NCBI GenBank assembly: GCA_017523615.1
Contig: JAFWWK010000007.1
Coordinates: 5,582-69,581, forward strand
Reading direction: 5' to 3'
Length of the DNA: 64,000 nucleotides
Source of the DNA: Clostridia bacterium
GTDB lineage: Bacteria > Bacillota > Clostridia > Christensenellales > Aristaeellaceae
Made by a program: the position numbers and the translations under genes
Notes under the pieces: generated by a model
The model's database searches: none
What the model saw: the letters and a program-made list of their open reading frames with translations, nothing else
What the model was told of the DNA's origin: nothing
Part shown: piece after piece, positions 18,860-28,212 of the stretch
Layout: each line of letters starts with the position of its first letter
How positions within the stretch are numbered: the first letter of the stretch is position 1

Positions 18860-21262
18860 TCAGTTGACTGTCTGGCCCGTCAGCGCCTTCCAGGCGTCCC
18901 TCAGCGTATTCTGATTGTTCACACCGTAGTTGGGATCGTTCTGCTGCGCTTCCGCCATATCCCGCAGGAAGTGGACACACAGATGCCCGTCAAAGCCGTT
19001 TCCGGAGATCGATCCCGTCAGATGGGGACGGTTGTGCATGGTCGCCATCGTCCACCGCCCGTCGGGAAGCTTCACATACACAACATGGATCGTCCAGGAA
19101 GGTTTCCCGAAAGCCCGGAACATGATCAGGGAATCCCGGAGGGTCAGCGGTTCGCAGTCCGCATGTCTGCCGGAGCTCATCAACCGGAGGGTCCAGCTGA
19201 TATGCGTCGTGGGATCATAGATCAGCAGATGAGCTCCGCCCGAAAGGGACGGTTTCACCGTATCGTACCAATGGAGCAGCTTGAGCTGGTCTGCAGAGGG
19301 AGCCGTAATGTATCCCGCGCCTTCCTCCAGTTCCACGCTGGCTGCCGCTTCCGGCCCTTTGGCAGACGGGGCATACAGCCTGGATTGGGTCGCGGCGTCC
19401 GCCGCGCCGGTCACGTTGACGCCGTTGCGCAGTTGGAAAGAGAGAACGGCCATATACGTCGCTTCGTCAAAGATACCCGAAACGCTGCAGGTATATCCAA
19501 GTTCCCTCAGCCGGTTCTGCATCTTCTGCACAGCGGAGGTCTGGGTGGCGTCCACCGTCTGGTAATAAATATGCAGCGTGGTATACCCGGAATAATCCGA
19601 TGAATAAGCGATTGCCGAAGCGGAAAACAGGAATGTGAAAGTATTGGCCCCGGCAAGGCCGTCCACGGTCAGTCCGTGCACCTTCTGGAACAGCTTGACT
19701 GCGTCCATGGTGGCATTGTCATAGGTGCCGGAGATATCCTTCGCGGCAAGGTAATTCAGATTCGAAAGCCTTTGCTGAAGCAGCAGGACATCCGTCCCAG
19801 TGTACCCCAAACGAAGAGTTCGGGTAAACACGGTCGTATCGTAACCGGCTGTCGAAGTAGGCGCAGCCGCGGGAGTCGGGGTGACTACCGGCGTCGGAGC
19901 GGGCGTAGACAGCGAAGAAACGATGGTCAGGTATCTTGTCATCACATACCCGGAATACCCATTGTAAAACACCGCACACCAGGTTTCCCCATAGGAGTTG
20001 ATCTGAAGGTACTCGCCGTTGGGGATGGTAATGATCGTGCCGCTGCCCTGCGAAGGGCCGCTGCGGAGATTCAGTCCGCCCCCGGAGGTGGTGACTCTCG
20101 CCACGGCCTCCCCTGTCGGTACGAAGGCAGGCTCCGGTGTGGGGACAGCCGTGGGGACCGGGCTCGGGGTGGAGGAGGAGATCACCGTCAGGAATGAAGT
20201 CATTACAAAGCCGGTTTTGTTCCCATAGGCGACCATTGACCAGGGGGTCCCATAGAAAAGGAGCGAGACTACCGTATTGTTCGGAATGACCGCAAGGACT
20301 TTGGCCGAACTGCTGCCGTATTCGCGCAGGTTCAGGCCGCCGCCGCCCGTCGTCACCCTTGCGGTGGACGAAGCACCGCTGTAAGGGGTCGCCGTGGCTG
20401 GCTGCGGGGTCGGCGCTGCGGTCGGAGCCGCCGTAACGACTCCTGTCATAGACAGGAAGGACGACATGACAAAGCCGTAATACCCGCCGTAATAGACCTG
20501 CGTCCAGGTGGTCCCGAACGAGACCACTGCAACCAGGGTATTGTTGGGTATTACCGCCAGCACCTGGGCGGAAGAAGAACCGTAAGCGCGCATGTTCAGC
20601 CCGCCGCCGGATGTTTTGACCCTTGCGGACATATATGCCGTTTCGCCTCCGGTCGCCGTAGGCGCAGGGGCCGCGGTCGGGGCCGGCGAAGCGGTCGGTG
20701 CGGCTGTCATGCTGCTGACAAGTTCGTACAGTCTTCTCTGGGTGGCCGCGCCGGCGATGCCGTCGACACTCAGGCCTTGGGAACGCTGGAAAGCGCGGAC
20801 CGCGTTGCGGGTCCCTTCTCCGTAAATCCCGTCTTCCTTGACCCCGTATCCCAGGATATTCAACGCTTGCTGAAGGCTTTTGACAGCGCTTCCCGTCGAC
20901 CCGTACTGCAGCTTGGAGTAGGTGGCGGCGGGAGGTATTGTGGAAGCGGGCGTAGCAGCCGCTTCAGGTGCGTAGCCGACAAGGGAATAAAGTTTTTCCA
21001 GGGTCGCCTGGCCGGCGACCCCGTCCACGGTCAGGCCATAGGTTTTTTGAAACACCCTGATGACTGCCTCAGTGGACGCCCCGTATTTGCCGTCCGCTAT
21101 CAGGTTATACCCCAGGGTTTTCAGCGCGTTCTGCATCCGAAGCACTTCGGGAGAAGAATCCCCCCGCTGCAGCTTCTGATAAGCCAGGGCCTCCCCGGGC
21201 ATGACAAAAAGACCAATGGCAATGACTATCGCCGCGGTCAGACACAGCCATCGTTTCAGCAT
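18860..21262 (-). CDS. secreted multidomain cell-wall-binding protein (4x PG_binding_1, 3x SH3b, uncharacterised C-terminal domain)
   Basis: Start at MLKRWLCLTAAIVIAIGLFVMPGEALA (GGAGG 7 nt upstream). Four PG_binding_1-like repeats (e.g. LQRGDSSPEVLRMQNALKTLGY...DGKYGASTEAVIRVFQKTYGLTVDGVAGQATL). Three SH3b-like repeats (ARV.T.GGGLN.R...) separated by Pro/Thr/Ala linkers. Confidence 0.85.
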   Translation of the reverse strand: MLKRWLCLTAAIVIAIGLFVMPGEALAYQKLQRGDSSPEVLRMQNALKTLGYNLIADGKYGASTEAVIRVFQKTYGLTVDGVAGQATLEKLYSLVGYAPEAAATPASTIPPAATYSKLQYGSTGSAVKSLQQALNILGYGVKEDGIYGEGTRNAVRAFQRSQGLSVDGIAGAATQRRLYELVSSMTAAPTASPAPTAAPAPTATGGETAYMSARVKTSGGGLNMRAYGSSSAQVLAVIPNNTLVAVVSFGTTWTQVYYGGYYGFVMSSFLSMTGVVTAAPTAAPTPQPATATPYSGASSTARVTTGGGGLNLREYGSSSAKVLAVIPNNTVVSLLFYGTPWSMVAYGNKTGFVMTSFLTVISSSTPSPVPTAVPTPEPAFVPTGEAVARVTTSGGGLNLRSGPSQGSGTIITIPNGEYLQINSYGETWCAVFYNGYSGYVMTRYLTIVSSLSTPAPTPVVTPTPAAAPTSTAGYDTTVFTRTLRLGYTGTDVLLLQQRLSNLNYLAAKDISGTYDNATMDAVKLFQKVHGLTVDGLAGANTFTFLFSASAIAYSSDYSGYTTLHIYYQTVDATQTSAVQKMQNRLRELGYTCSVSGIFDEATYMAVLSFQLRNGVNVTGAADAATQSRLYAPSAKGPEAAASVELEEGAGYITAPSADQLKLLHWYDTVKPSLSGGAHLLIYDPTTHISWTLRLMSSGRHADCEPLTLRDSLIMFRAFGKPSWTIHVVYVKLPDGRWTMATMHNRPHLTGSISGNGFDGHLCVHFLRDMAEAQQNDPNYGVNNQNTLRDAWKALTGQTVN
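19922..20629 (-). repeat. three tandem SH3b-like coding repeats separated by P/T/A-rich linkers
   Basis: The repeats are ARVKTSGGGLNMRAYGSSSAQVLAVIPNNTLVAVV..., ARVTTGGGGLNLREYGSSSAKVLAVIPNNTVVSLL... and ARVTTSGGGLNLRSGPSQGSGTIITIPNGEYLQIN... Confidence 0.8.
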
Positions 21263-21358
21263 CTTCATTCCTCCAGCCCAGACAACTGATAGCATTGGAT
21301 CGTCTTAATATACCACATTTTTAAAGGCATTGTAAACGTTTTATCCGTATTGTTACAC

Positions 21359-21387
21359 TTGCAGTCCCTTTTCGCACATGATATTAT
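21359..21387 (+). promoter_or_regulatory. sigmaA-type promoter
   Basis: TTGCAG (21359-21364), 17 nt, TATTAT (21382-21387), about 110 nt upstream of the ATG at 21498. Confidence 0.45.
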
Positions 21388-21497
21388 GTTTAAGCCGGCA
21401 AAAAAACCGGCCCGGCGAACGGATATCTCCTTTCACCGCCCGACACGCATCATGAGAATCCTATTTTGACCGACCCTCAACCTCAGGAGTTTTCTGT

Positions 21498-22985
21498 ATG
21501 AAGGTTCAAGGCAACTGGATGCCATGCGACCTGTCCGATCCCTCGCCGCTGATCGCGGCCATCCACACGCCAGGCCGTCCGTCAGACGCTCTTCTGCGCC
21601 TGTCCTACGAGATGTCTGTCACCGCGTATGATTTTGACATACAGCGGTGGTATGCTGCCGGCTGGCGGGATTTCAGCTTCCGCATCAACGGACAGCTATT
21701 TACGGGCACAGACATCAACAAGGATAATACCGGCATACAGGATTCGATCAAAAGCGGATACTATCAGATCCTTGCAAGGCAGAAGATCCGCTTTGCTTCC
21801 CCCCTGGCCCAGTACCGGGGGATCGGCGACGGAAGCGATCATGCCAAGGCAGTGTTCATGCTGATCCCCTGCGGAGGCGTTTATATCGTTGGGATCGGCT
21901 TTACCGGCACCTGCAGGCGTTTTGACGATTGGCTGCCCAACCTGCAGATGGATGAAAAAGACGGTCTGCACGCGGGTTTCCTTCGCCTGAGCAAAGAGAT
22001 CTGGAACGATGCGCCGCGGGTCACTTTTCCCGCATGCGCCGCGAAGCTCGGGCTTGACAGCCTGACCCTTGCCGACATCATCCGTGAATGCCAGAACGGA
22101 TCCAGCCGGTTCCTGATCTGGATGAGCGGGCACAGCCAGGGAGGCGCCGTCATGCAGGTTTTCGCCCGATACCTGTGCCGAAAAGGCGTGCTGCCCGGAA
22201 ATATGATCGGCTGCGCCTTTGCCTCCCCGTCGGTCCTCTGGCAGCCCGAACCCGTCCTGAAGCAGCTGCACCTGATCATGAATTCCGACGACCTGATCCC
22301 AAGGTTCGGGGCGCGCTGTCATTACGGCCTGCTCTGGATGGCCGACATGAACGATATCACCCGCAGGCTTTGCTATTTAAACGATGCCGACGACCTATGT
22401 ATGCAGACCATCCTCGACCTTTCCCACCAGATCAGAACGTCCGAAGACGCCCTGCTGGTCTCCTGCTGCCTTCTGGAGATCCTGCGGGACAAGGACCTGA
22501 TCAAGGCGCCGCAGGTCTTCAGCACCCTCATGACCTTTCTGAAAGCAGACCCCCTGCAGAAGCTTGAAGAACGGCTGGACAGCCTGACCGACCGCGTCCG
22601 TATTCGCGCGCTTCGGCATTACTGCGCGTTCACCGGCAGGAACGACCTGGACGCGGAAAAAGCAGAGCGGACCAAAGCCCTGATCACGGATATGATGCTC
22701 AACTACGGCGACAGCGAATTCACCCGATGCCTGAAAAACATCCTCTCCTATCCTCACAGGATCAGAAACAACGAATCGACTCATCGTCTGTCCCCCTACT
22801 ACCTGATTTGCAGGACAGACGCTTTTCCCCTTCGTCAGGTCAGTGATTCGGATCTTGAGGTCCGTCCGGCCAGAAGGTACACCTGCTCTGTACCGGTGCT
22901 CAGGAACACCGCCCCCAGGCACGCCCACCTGACGCAGCGGCGTTTCCTGTTCGATCGCTCCGGGACATTCGGGAGGCGCAAATAA
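21498..22985 (+). CDS. class-3-lipase-like alpha/beta hydrolase with about 200-aa helical C-terminal extension
   Basis: 495 aa with RBS AGGAG. Nucleophile elbow GHSQGGA, NSDDLIPRFG (Asp) and CHYG (His) occur in the order expected for a Lipase_3 triad. No signal peptide. Confidence 0.65.
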   Translation: MKVQGNWMPCDLSDPSPLIAAIHTPGRPSDALLRLSYEMSVTAYDFDIQRWYAAGWRDFSFRINGQLFTGTDINKDNTGIQDSIKSGYYQILARQKIRFASPLAQYRGIGDGSDHAKAVFMLIPCGGVYIVGIGFTGTCRRFDDWLPNLQMDEKDGLHAGFLRLSKEIWNDAPRVTFPACAAKLGLDSLTLADIIRECQNGSSRFLIWMSGHSQGGAVMQVFARYLCRKGVLPGNMIGCAFASPSVLWQPEPVLKQLHLIMNSDDLIPRFGARCHYGLLWMADMNDITRRLCYLNDADDLCMQTILDLSHQIRTSEDALLVSCCLLEILRDKDLIKAPQVFSTLMTFLKADPLQKLEERLDSLTDRVRIRALRHYCAFTGRNDLDAEKAERTKALITDMMLNYGDSEFTRCLKNILSYPHRIRNNESTHRLSPYYLICRTDAFPLRQVSDSDLEVRPARRYTCSVPVLRNTAPRHAHLTQRRFLFDRSGTFGRRK

Positions 22986-24437
22986 ATGGATCTATACCAC
23001 ATCATCTTACATACAGGGTGCGCGGCGATCCTTCTGTACGTCGCTGTTCTTTTATGGCGCATGGGATCGTCACTTTTGTTGCCCCGGGACCTCCCGGGCA
23101 TGCCGGGTACCCGCAGGCCTTGGGCAATGGGCCTTCTGTCTGCATTCGTCTGCCAGTCAGGCATACCTTCCGCCGCTGTGTCCGTCGGTATGAGCGTACT
23201 GGGCCTGCGCGGAGCGCTCCTTTTCGGCATCGGCTCCGGAGCGGGCTTCCTGATGCCCGCTGCATCCGTTCTGTCCCTCCCGTTTGCGGCGCTGTTCGGC
23301 GTCGCCGGACTGCTGCTCATCCTGCTCCCGATCAAAAAGAACGATCTGATCCGCGGCGCGGGCTTCCTTCTCCTGTCCCTGTGCTGCGTCGCGCTGTTCG
23401 ACCAGTTCGCCGGAAAAGCCGCGTCAGCCGCCGCCGTTTCTTTCGCCCTTCCGTCCCCCTCCGGTCATCTTCGGTATTTCCCGGCGTTCCTGTTGGGCAT
23501 CTGCCTGTGTTATCTGCTGGGAAGCGAAGGATTTGCCATGCTCGTCCCCGGCATCGGTCTCTGCTCAGGCCTTCTTTCCGTCACATCCTGCCTGTTTTTT
23601 GCTTCAGGCATATACATCGGTTCTTTTCTCCGCGTTCTTGTCCTTGCCTGGGACTGGCGCCGCCTGGCTGACAGGCAGCTGGGAATGATCTGCCTGCACC
23701 GGGTCCTCACCGCCCTTCTTTGCCTCGGATGCGCGTTCACCGTTCCGGAGTCATTTTCTCTTTATCGCTTTCCGGTCCTGCTGGGGCTTTGCCTCCTTCC
23801 CCTTGCCGCATCCTTCCTGCTTCTTCCGGTCTGCAGGAAAATGGATCGCGGATCAGAATCGGATCATTTCTGGCATCCGCTTTTTACAGAGCTCCCCCGC
23901 TATTCCATGGGGATACTGAAAATGAACATCTCCCGCCTTTTCGGAGCAAACAGAGAACTTTTTGTCCTTGCGATGGAGTCCCTGCTAAAACCGAACGATC
24001 CGAACTCAGCCGTGCCTGTCGGGAAGCTTTCCAGGGTCCTCTTTCTGGAAAAGGAGATCTTTCAGGCGCTGAAGGATGCCATGGAAACGATCCCGGGCAA
24101 CGAAAACAACGCCTGTATACTGGCCCTTGAAAAAGCGGCGAACGGGCTTTCCGGCGTCCGGGCAGCCTCGGAACGGCTCGCTTCCCTGCGTGGAGAAACC
24201 GTTCCCAGTGCATCGTACCTGAATGTCCTGGAAGATAATACGCTGAAGGATTTCGATTCCGCCGCGGGCGCATTCAGCGACAAAAACAGCACTCCCGCGC
24301 CGCCCGCAGGCAGCGCGTTTCAAGGCGAAACGGGGATTGATGTTCCTTATGATCCCGAAGACGTCCGCGTATCCGAGATCTGCGCGTTCATCTCCCTTGC
24401 CGTATTGACTGCCGGAGAGACCTTCACCCGCGGATAA
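22986..24437 (+). CDS. polytopic membrane protein with cytoplasmic C-terminal domain (possibly a divergent Na/Pi-cotransporter/PhoU-like architecture)
   Basis: 483 aa, with the ATG immediately after the stop of the lipase-like gene. About 9 hydrophobic segments. GLLSAFVCQSGIPSAAVSVGM and LFGIGSGAGFLMPAA faintly resemble the QSSSA/GANIGT repeats of PNaS proteins. The family call is weak. Confidence 0.5.
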   Translation: MDLYHIILHTGCAAILLYVAVLLWRMGSSLLLPRDLPGMPGTRRPWAMGLLSAFVCQSGIPSAAVSVGMSVLGLRGALLFGIGSGAGFLMPAASVLSLPFAALFGVAGLLLILLPIKKNDLIRGAGFLLLSLCCVALFDQFAGKAASAAAVSFALPSPSGHLRYFPAFLLGICLCYLLGSEGFAMLVPGIGLCSGLLSVTSCLFFASGIYIGSFLRVLVLAWDWRRLADRQLGMICLHRVLTALLCLGCAFTVPESFSLYRFPVLLGLCLLPLAASFLLLPVCRKMDRGSESDHFWHPLFTELPRYSMGILKMNISRLFGANRELFVLAMESLLKPNDPNSAVPVGKLSRVLFLEKEIFQALKDAMETIPGNENNACILALEKAANGLSGVRAASERLASLRGETVPSASYLNVLEDNTLKDFDSAAGAFSDKNSTPAPPAGSAFQGETGIDVPYDPEDVRVSEICAFISLAVLTAGETFTRG

Positions 24438-24467
24438 CGGAAGGCGGGACCGGTCCTGGAATATACT

Positions 24468-24506
24468 GCGCGGCGCCGCAGGATCACGGCGCCGCGTTGG
24501 TTTTTG
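24468..24506 (+). terminator. rho-independent terminator
   Basis: GCGCGGCGCCG-caggatca-CGGCGCCGCG followed by TTGGTTTTTG. Overlaps the 3' end of the convergent minus-strand gene. Confidence 0.6.
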
Positions 24507-25347
24507 TAATGATGATATAGCCTGAGATGCCAGCATATCTCAATTCGCTGCGGCTCATATACACAAGCCCCGGCTGGATGATGTGGACATGCGAAGAATT
24601 GTTGGTCCTGTACTTTTCGCGGCACAGGGGATCAAGGAAGTATACATTGGTCTCGTCCGCCCATGCGATCAGGACATAATGTCCTACCGTCGTGAAAGCA
24701 CCTCCGCTGGCGCAGTAGGCGATCACCGCCGTATCCTCCGCCGTGACCGCGTCGAGTCCGGCCTTCTGTTCCGATACCGTGGTCAGGTCCAGTCCGTAGG
24801 CAGCGCAGACATATTTCATATAACCGCCGACAGTGCCCTTGGCCTCCGATCTTGAACGGACGCCCCTGATGTTGTTCCCACACGCATAATCCGCAAACAC
24901 CAACGGAAGAAAACGGTCATAATCCCTGGGCGACGTCAGGTAATACCTGGCGTGCCCGTAACCGCAGGCATTTTTGTTCAAGGAACAGTTGCACAGACTA
25001 AAGGGCCTGCCCGCGTCGGACGCGATGACCGGCAATTCCTTTTCGTCCACCAACATCCTTACGGCCATGGCAAGCGCCGTCGGATTGCATCCACCGTCCC
25101 CGAAAGGACGTTTTTTTGTGGATGAAGGAGTCTCATAGATCAAATCGATCCACAGCCCGTCATTTTGCGCGTAATACCGGACCTCGCCCCTGCCGGGCAC
25201 ATCCACCCAGCAGGACAGTGTCTCCCGCGCGCCGAAGATATTTTCGGTCAGCGTCAGTTCATCGTCCGCAAGACCGCCGGAACCGGGAGAAAAGAGGATC
25301 GCGAGCAAGAGAAGGACCGACAGCGGTAAAACTGCACAGCGTCGCAT
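24484..25347 (-). CDS. secreted C39-like (papain-fold) cysteine peptidase domain protein
   Basis: 287 aa with a signal peptide (MRRCAVLPLSVLLLLAILFSPGSG). Cys context GDGGCNPTALAMA, His context VGHYVLIAW, then YFLDP. Confidence 0.6.
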   Translation of the reverse strand: MRRCAVLPLSVLLLLAILFSPGSGGLADDELTLTENIFGARETLSCWVDVPGRGEVRYYAQNDGLWIDLIYETPSSTKKRPFGDGGCNPTALAMAVRMLVDEKELPVIASDAGRPFSLCNCSLNKNACGYGHARYYLTSPRDYDRFLPLVFADYACGNNIRGVRSRSEAKGTVGGYMKYVCAAYGLDLTTVSEQKAGLDAVTAEDTAVIAYCASGGAFTTVGHYVLIAWADETNVYFLDPLCREKYRTNNSSHVHIIQPGLVYMSRSELRYAGISGYIIITKTNAAP

Positions 25348-25425
25348 CTTGGCCTCCTTCCGCCATATAAACGTGTAGGGCCCGGGACCAGCCCAGGCCC
25401 TAAGAAACGCAGACTTTCCCTGCGC

Positions 25426-26172
25426 TTACTCTTCTTCTTCCTCCTCCGGGAGCTCAGCGTTGTGGTAAACTTCGGATACGTCGTCGTCATCGTCAAGCAT
25501 ATCCAAAAGCTTTTGCACCTTGTCGATGGTCTCCTGGTCCGGAAGAGCCACGGTGTTCTGCGGGATCATCGTCAATTCGGCGGATAGGAAAGCGTACCCG
25601 GCCTTTTCGAGGTTTTCACGCACCTGGGAAAAATCCGACGGAGAGGTCGTGATCTCGAAAGCATCTTCCAGGGTCTTCATATCCTCGGCACCGGCATCGA
25701 GAGCGGTCATCATCATCTCGTCCTCGTCCATTCCGGGCTGCTTTTCGATCACGATCAAGCCTTTGTGGTCAAACATATAGGAGACCGAACCGCTGGTACC
25801 CATGGTGCCGCCGCATTTGTCAAAGATATGGCGGACCTCGCTGGCAGTACGGTTGCGGTTGTCAGTCACGATATCGACCATCACGGCCACACCGCCGGGG
25901 GCATAGCCTTCATAGCTGAATTCTTCGTACTCGACGCCGCCGGCCTCGCCGCTGGCCTTCTTGATGGACCGCTGGATGTTGTCGTTGGGCATGTTGTTGG
26001 CCTTGCATTTGGCGATCACGTCGCGAAGCTTCCCGTTGACCTCGGGGTTGGGGCCCCCGTCGTGGACCGCCATGGCGATCTCTCTGCCGAGCTTGGTAAA
26101 GATCTTGCCCCTGGCTGCGTCGGTCTTGCCTTTTTTAGCTTGAATATTATGCCATTTGGAATGTCCTGACAT
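25426..26172 (-). CDS. yebC: YebC/PmpR family DNA-binding transcriptional regulator
   Basis: Start at [32 protein letters not shown] (RBS GGGAGGG). This is a near-invariant family N-terminus. Confidence 0.95.
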   Translation of the reverse strand: MSGHSKWHNIQAKKGKTDAARGKIFTKLGREIAMAVHDGGPNPEVNGKLRDVIAKCKANNMPNDNIQRSIKKASGEAGGVEYEEFSYEGYAPGGVAVMVDIVTDNRNRTASEVRHIFDKCGGTMGTSGSVSYMFDHKGLIVIEKQPGMDEDEMMMTALDAGAEDMKTLEDAFEITTSPSDFSQVRENLEKAGYAFLSAELTMIPQNTVALPDQETIDKVQKLLDMLDDDDDVSEVYHNAELPEEEEEE

Positions 26173-26290
26173 ATTGTTTCCCTCCCAAGGAAAAAGAATC
26201 AAATTCAACTATAGAATTATATCACAGGAGCGCAGGCGCGTCAATTTATGTTTTTCGCCGTCTACGTTCACCCCCGCCGGGATTGCGCTG

Positions 26291-26878
26291 TCAGCTTTTT
26301 TTACTGCGGAGCGCCTGCACCATACCCACGGCATAATAGCCCAGGGCGCACAGCGTCAGGCCGACGCCGATCCATAAAATGATAACGTGCAGGTCCGCCG
26401 CTCCAAGGGAGCGGAGCTGATCGCTGAAAAAAGCCAGCAGGAATCCGGACACGACCGTTGCCTGGGCCAGTTTGCCGATCCACCTGGAATATGCCACGTT
26501 CCCCTTCTTCAAAAGGAACAGGCCGCCCACGACCATCAGCACTTCCTTGCCTGCAAGGATGATCACAATAGCTGCCGGCACATCACCCTTCAGCACCATG
26601 CAGATCCCCATGGTGATGGTCATAAGCTTGTCGGCCAAAGGATCCATCAGTTTGCCGAAATCAGTGATCATACCGTATTTCCTGGCGATATAACCGTCGG
26701 CCAGGTCGGTCAGTGCCGCGGTGCAGTACACCGCCAGGGCCGCCATCCTGAGCCCCTTCATATAAAGAACGGCAAAAACGGGGACCAGCAGGATCCGCAG
26801 CATTGTCAGCGCATTCGGCACATTCCATATGATCTTTGGATCGTACGCATCCTTGATTTCATTACTGGCGACGGGCAT
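26291..26878 (-). CDS. pgsA: CDP-diacylglycerol--glycerol-3-phosphate 3-phosphatidyltransferase
   Basis: Contains NVPNALTMLRILLVPVF and the CDP-alcohol phosphotransferase motif DLADGYIARKYGMITDFGKLMDPLADK. Start set at MPVASNE. Confidence 0.9.
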   Translation of the reverse strand: MPVASNEIKDAYDPKIIWNVPNALTMLRILLVPVFAVLYMKGLRMAALAVYCTAALTDLADGYIARKYGMITDFGKLMDPLADKLMTITMGICMVLKGDVPAAIVIILAGKEVLMVVGGLFLLKKGNVAYSRWIGKLAQATVVSGFLLAFFSDQLRSLGAADLHVIILWIGVGLTLCALGYYAVGMVQALRSKKS

Positions 26879-26979
26879 CAAACATCCCCCTTTTTTTGCA
26901 AAATCCGCTTTCTCGATCTGCGCATCCAAGTTTAGCAACCCGTTAGAAGCTTGTCAATGCCGCTTTTATGAAAGCGTGC

Positions 26980-27008
26980 TTGATAAGGGAGTCGAAACAT
27001 GATATAAT
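26980..27008 (+). promoter_or_regulatory. sigmaA-type promoter of the asd-dapA-dapB operon
   Basis: TTGATA (26980-26985), 17 nt, TATAAT (27003-27008). Confidence 0.6.
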
Positions 27009-27087
27009 TGCGGCGTTATCCTGTGTCGGACGCGCTGCATAGCAGCGAATCCCAAACCCCTTGATGGTCATCAGAAAGGATCACTTT

Positions 27088-28176
27088 ATGAAGCAGTACA
27101 GGGTCGGTATCATCGGCGCGACCGGCATGGTCGGCCAGCGTTTTGTCACGTTGCTGGAAAATCACCCCTGGTTCAAGGTTACCGCCCTGGCGGCGAGCGC
27201 GTCCAGCGCCGGTAAGACTTACCTGGAGGCCGTCGGCAGCCGGTGGGCATTCGACTGGGACATTCCCGCCTACGTCAGGGACATGGTGGTCATGGACGCA
27301 TCCGAATGTGAAAAAGTCGCTTCCAAGGTGGACTTTGTTTTCTGCGCGGTCGCCCTTCCCAAGGATAAGACCCGCGAACTGGAGGAAGCCTATGCCCGCA
27401 CGGAAACGCCCGTCGTTTCCAACAATTCTGCCTGCCGTATGCTTCCGGACGTCCCCATGGTCATCCCCGAGATCAACAGTGACCACACCCGTGTGATCCC
27501 GGCCCAGCGCATGCGCCTGGGAACCGAGCGCGGCTTCATTGCGGTCAAACCCAACTGCTCGATACAGAATTACGTTCCGGCCCTGTCGCCCCTGAGAAGC
27601 TACGGCATCCGCAAGATCAGCGTCTGCACCTATCAGGCCATTTCCGGCGCCGGGAAGACCTTCAAGCGCTGGCCGGAGATGATCGACAACGTGATCCCAT
27701 ACATCGGCGGCGAGGAAGAGAAAAGCGAGAAGGAACCCCTGAAGATCTGGGGCTCCCTGAACAGCGATCTGTCCGCCATCGTCAACGCCTCGGAACCCGT
27801 CATATCAGCCCAGTGCCTGCGCGTGCCCGTGACCGACGGCCATATGTCCGCCGTCAGTGTCTCCTTCGATACCGTTCCCGAGGAAGCGGCCATCCTCGAC
27901 GCCTGGCGGCATTTCGACTCTCCCGCCGCCCGTCTGGGACTGCCCAGCGCGCCAAAACAATTCCTGAACTATTTTGATGAACCCGATCGTCCGCAGACCC
28001 GCCTTGACCGTTCCATCGAGAACGGCATGGGCGTCGCCATCGGACGCCTGCGCCGGGACAGCCTGTTCGACTATAAATTTGTTACCCTTTCCCACAATAC
28101 CCTCAGGGGCGCGGCGGGCGGCGGCGTCCTTTCTGCGGAGATGCTTTGCGCTCTGGATTACATCCGCAACAAATAA
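27088..28176 (+). CDS. asd: aspartate-semialdehyde dehydrogenase
   Basis: Start at MKQYRVGIIGATGMVGQRF. Active-site Cys context KPNCSIQNY, and HNTLRGAAGG near the C-terminus. Confidence 0.95.
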   Translation: MKQYRVGIIGATGMVGQRFVTLLENHPWFKVTALAASASSAGKTYLEAVGSRWAFDWDIPAYVRDMVVMDASECEKVASKVDFVFCAVALPKDKTRELEEAYARTETPVVSNNSACRMLPDVPMVIPEINSDHTRVIPAQRMRLGTERGFIAVKPNCSIQNYVPALSPLRSYGIRKISVCTYQAISGAGKTFKRWPEMIDNVIPYIGGEEEKSEKEPLKIWGSLNSDLSAIVNASEPVISAQCLRVPVTDGHMSAVSVSFDTVPEEAAILDAWRHFDSPAARLGLPSAPKQFLNYFDEPDRPQTRLDRSIENGMGVAIGRLRRDSLFDYKFVTLSHNTLRGAAGGGVLSAEMLCALDYIRNK

Positions 28177-28212
28177 CCCGCTCCCCTACCGCATAGAAAG
28201 GCAGGCAGTTTT

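Noticed and set aside
27009-27087. Possible lysine (L-box) riboswitch upstream of asd-dapA-dapB.
   Set aside because: The leader after the predicted promoter is only about 70-80 nt, far shorter than an L-box. Only a small CGCTGC/GCAGCG hairpin is present.
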